From Phaeosaccion multiseriatum (taxonomy: Eukaryota > Protista > Ochrophyta, other classes): 64,000 bases of DNA. Shown in pieces: positions 61,301-64,000 of this stretch. Numbering within the stretch: position 1 is the stretch's first letter; each line of letters opens with the position of its first letter. The translations under genes were made by a program, and so were the position numbers. The notes beneath the pieces are model-generated. The model had not been told where the DNA came from. It did not search any database and worked only from the letters and a program-made list of their open reading frames with translations. The DNA lies in contig OZ218955.1 of NCBI GenBank assembly GCA_965112735.1, forward strand, positions 868,001-932,000, read 5' to 3'.

Positions 61301-63957
61301 CCGACTCCGAGTGATGATATTTGCGCACTCCCTTCCTCCCTCTCTCCGTCCTTCTGCCTGACCCACACATACCATTCCTCGCTCCCGCTCTGCTCTGCAC
61401 TGCACCGCATCACCAACTGCTCTACCTGCTCCTTAGGGCTCCATGGTGAAGAGCTTCTACGCTAAGAAGAGGGGCCTCTCGCCCGATGACATCACCCTCG
61501 TCTCCATCATGCCATGCACCGCAAAGAAGCAAGAGGCGGACAGAATGCAGGTAAGAAGAGTACGTGGAACACCGTACTGTCGACGAAAGGTGCCATCTGG
61601 TCAGACTGTAGGCTGCCATCTTGTCGTCCTTGCTTGACTTGACTTTACTCTGCTGCCAGCTGTCACACACACACAACACACACATACAATCAATCACATA
61701 CACACACGCGCGTGTCTCCCGCTGGAGTACTGTCCTTAAAAGCCCCCTCCCTCCCCTCCCCTCCCCTCCCTAGCTGTGGCATGAGACCAACTTCGTGCTA
61801 ACGACACGCGAACTCGGCCGTCTCTTTCGCATGAGGCACATCCCCTTGACCGCCCTCCCTGAGACGCCCTTCAGTGACCCCCTCGGAGAGTCAACGGGGG
61901 CAGGCGTTATATTCGGGTACGTGTCGTAGGTTAAGTTGCGAGATGGGGGTGAGGAGAGCGGGGTGCGTGTGTGCGTACGAGTATGTGTGCGTGCGTGCGC
62001 TATTGCTGGTGGTGCGTCTGGCTTGATACTCCTTTGGGTTTCCTTCCCCTTGTTCCCACCACACCACATCCCACGAAACCACATCACACCACATCACATC
62101 ACACTACAGCGCCACAGGAGGAGTGATGGAGGCCGCCCTCAGGACTGTGTACGAGATACTCACGGGCACAGCCATGGTAAGTAAGATTAAGTAAGCATGG
62201 TCTCTCTGCCTCGCACTGGCATACCCATGGTAAGGAAGCACAGGCTCTGTCTCTATCTTTGTCTCTGCGTCTCTCTCTGTCCACCCCTACCTTTCTCACG
62301 GACATTCCATGCTCGCCTTCCTTCCTTCCTTCCTTCTTTCCTTCCTTCCTTCCTTCCTTCCTTCCTTCCTTCCTTCCTTCCTTCCTTCCTTCCTTCCTTC
62401 CTTCCTTCCTTCCTTCCTTCCTTCCTTCTTTGCTTGCTTCCTTCCTTCCTTCCTTCCTTCCTACCTACCTTCCTTCCTCCATCCCCTTCCTCCCTCCCTT
62501 CCTTCCTTTTCTTCCTTTCTTCCTTCCTGCCTGCCTTCCTTCCTTCTTGCCTCGCTTCCTTCCTCCCCTCATTTCTCTCGCCCGTTTCCCTCACACGCAG
62601 GCGGACTTGAATCTGACTGCCGTGCGTGGCTTCGAGGGGGTGAAAGAAGCCCCTCTCTGCCTCAAGCTTAAGCAAGCAGCAGACCAACACAAGGAGGAGG
62701 AGAAGGAGGAGGAGAAGGAGGAGGAGAAGGAGGAGGAGAAGGAGGAGGAGAAGGAGGTGGTGCTGAAGGTAGCGGTGGCGCACGGTGCCAAGAACGGCCG
62801 CATACTGGCGGAGAGGGTGTTGCAAGCCGTGAGGGAAGGCACGCCGCAGCCTTACCACTTGATTGAGGTGAGTCCTGAGGCCGGGGAGTCCTGGATACCC
62901 TGCCCATCGCCTGCCCATCGCCTGCCATTCCCTGCCATCCTCTCTCATCCGCTGCCATCCCCTGCCGCCTTACCGCCCCCTCTCCATCCCTCTGCCATTC
63001 CTCTGCCATTCCTCTGCCATTCCTCTGCCATCCCTCTGCCATCCCTCTGCCATCCCTCTGCCATCCCTCTGCCATCCCTCTGCCATCCCTCTGCCATCCC
63101 CCTGCCATCCCCCTGCCATCCCCCTGCCATCCCCCTGCCATCCCCCTGCCATCCCCCTGCCATCCCCTGCCATCCCCCTGCCATCCCCTGCCATCCCCTG
63201 CCATCCCCCTGCCATCCCCTGCCATCCCCTGCCATCCCCTGCCATCCCCTGCCATCCCCTGCCATCCCCTGCCATCCCCTGCCATCCCCTGCCATCCCCT
63301 GCCATCCCCTGCCATCCCCTGCCATCCCCTGCCATCCCCTGCCATCCCCTGCCATCCCCTGCCATCCCCTGCCATCCCCTGCCATCCCCTGCCATCCCCT
63401 GCCATCCCCTGCCATCCCCTGCCATCCCCTGCCATCCCCTGCCATCCCCTGCCATCCCCTGCCATCCCCTGCCATCCCCTGCCATCCCCTGCCATCCCCT
63501 GCCATCCCCTGCCATCCCCTGCCATCCCCTGCCATCCCCTGCCATCCCCTGCCATCCCCTGCCATCCCCTGCCATCCCCTGCCATCCCCTGCCATCCCCT
63601 GCCATCCCCTGCCATCCCCTGCCATCCCCCTGCCATCCCTCTGCCACCCCCCTGCCATACCTCTGCCACCCCCTGCCACCCCTCTGCCATCCCCTGCCAT
63701 CCCCTGCCATCCACTGCCATCCCACACCATCCCCTGCCATCCCCTGCCGCCTTACCGCCGCCATCCCCTGCCATCCCTTGCCATCCCCTACCATCCCCCT
63801 GCTACCCTCTGCTATCCTACTGCCATCCCTTTGCCACCCCCTGCCATTTCTCTGCCACCCCCTGCCACCCTAGGTGATGGCCTGTTCCGGTGGTTGCTTG
63901 GGGGGGGGCGGTCAGCCCAAGTCGCAGGATCCTCAAATCCTCCTCAAGCGGGCACAG
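58325..63957 (+). CDS. hydA: [FeFe]-hydrogenase, group A, CpI-like F-domain + H-domain; 3' end lies beyond the window
   Basis: Exons 58325-58657, 58864-58917, 59139-59515, 60117-60901, 61158-61237, 61437-61550, 61774-61916, 62110-62176, 62601-62867, 63874-63957. [2Fe-2S]: IPTLCYHP..CRLCLVE..PAC. His-ligated cluster: HPLDCFKCEANGTC. 2x[4Fe-4S]: CIKCGRCITAC and CLACGQCSAVCP. H-cluster motifs: FTSCCPAW, MPCTAKKQE, EVMACSGGCLGGGGQP. Also GVIFGATGGVMEAALRT. Confidence 0.95.
59516..59985. repeat. (GTGA)n tetranucleotide array starting at a hydA donor site
   Basis: Direct reading. Confidence 0.95.
62320..62560. repeat. (CCTT)n tract in a hydA intron
   Basis: Direct reading. Confidence 0.9.
62900..63870. 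repeat. 10-11-bp minisatellite (CCCCTGCCAT)n filling a hydA intron
   Basis: Perfect core at about 63200-63620 with degenerate flanks reaching the acceptor at 63873. Confidence 0.95.
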
Positions 63958-64000
63958 GTACGATAGAACCTCTCTTGTCCTCTCTTGAAACTGAAATTGG

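Noticed and set aside
62668-63794. GWQGMAGDGR-repeat ORFs in three frames
   Set aside because: A stop-free 10-bp minisatellite read antisense within a hydA intron.
58325-63957. Nar1/NARF or complex I 75-kDa subunit (NDUFS1/NuoG) instead of a hydrogenase
   Set aside because: TSCCPAW and MPCxxKKxE plus a full F-domain fit a catalytic hydrogenase. The C-terminal part is an H-domain, not the molybdopterin-like fold of NuoG.
58325-63957. Bacterial contamination as the source of hydA
   Set aside because: At least nine spliceosomal introns with the same repeats and dispersed motif as neighbouring genes.

Overview
Eukaryotic nuclear DNA, gene-dense and intron-rich, with GT-AG introns packed with microsatellites. 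It most likely comes from a photosynthetic stramenopile (ochrophyte): two genes carry signal peptide + Phe + transit peptide + twin-Arg lumen presequences, typical of a complex red plastid. Most long ORFs in the supplied track are repeat artefacts, so I rebuilt the genes by hand from splice sites. In order: an unknown acidic protein (partial), an ankyrin protein, a JmjC hydroxylase, a decayed array of one-LRR-per-exon modules, a membrane-anchored GH5 glucanase, an ABC1/ADCK kinase, a lumenal FtsH-N-domain-like protein, NDUFB8, an ankyrin pseudogene, glycerol kinase, a signal-peptide beta-barrel-like protein, a lumenal FKBP, a GT8 glycosyltransferase, mitochondrial EF-G1, a small membrane protein, an AEC/PIN-family transporter, and a spliced CpI-like [FeFe]-hydrogenase that runs off the right edge. 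The strongest leads are: (i) the hydrogenase, with a mitochondrial-type presequence, head-to-head with the transporter; (ii) a dispersed motif TGTATCACCAACTGCTGCAG that supplies 3' splice sites in unrelated genes and shows donor/acceptor polarity; (iii) the 72-nt LRR exon cassette array; (iv) a small palindromic element family upstream of genes. Exon coordinates were read by eye and need RNA-seq confirmation.
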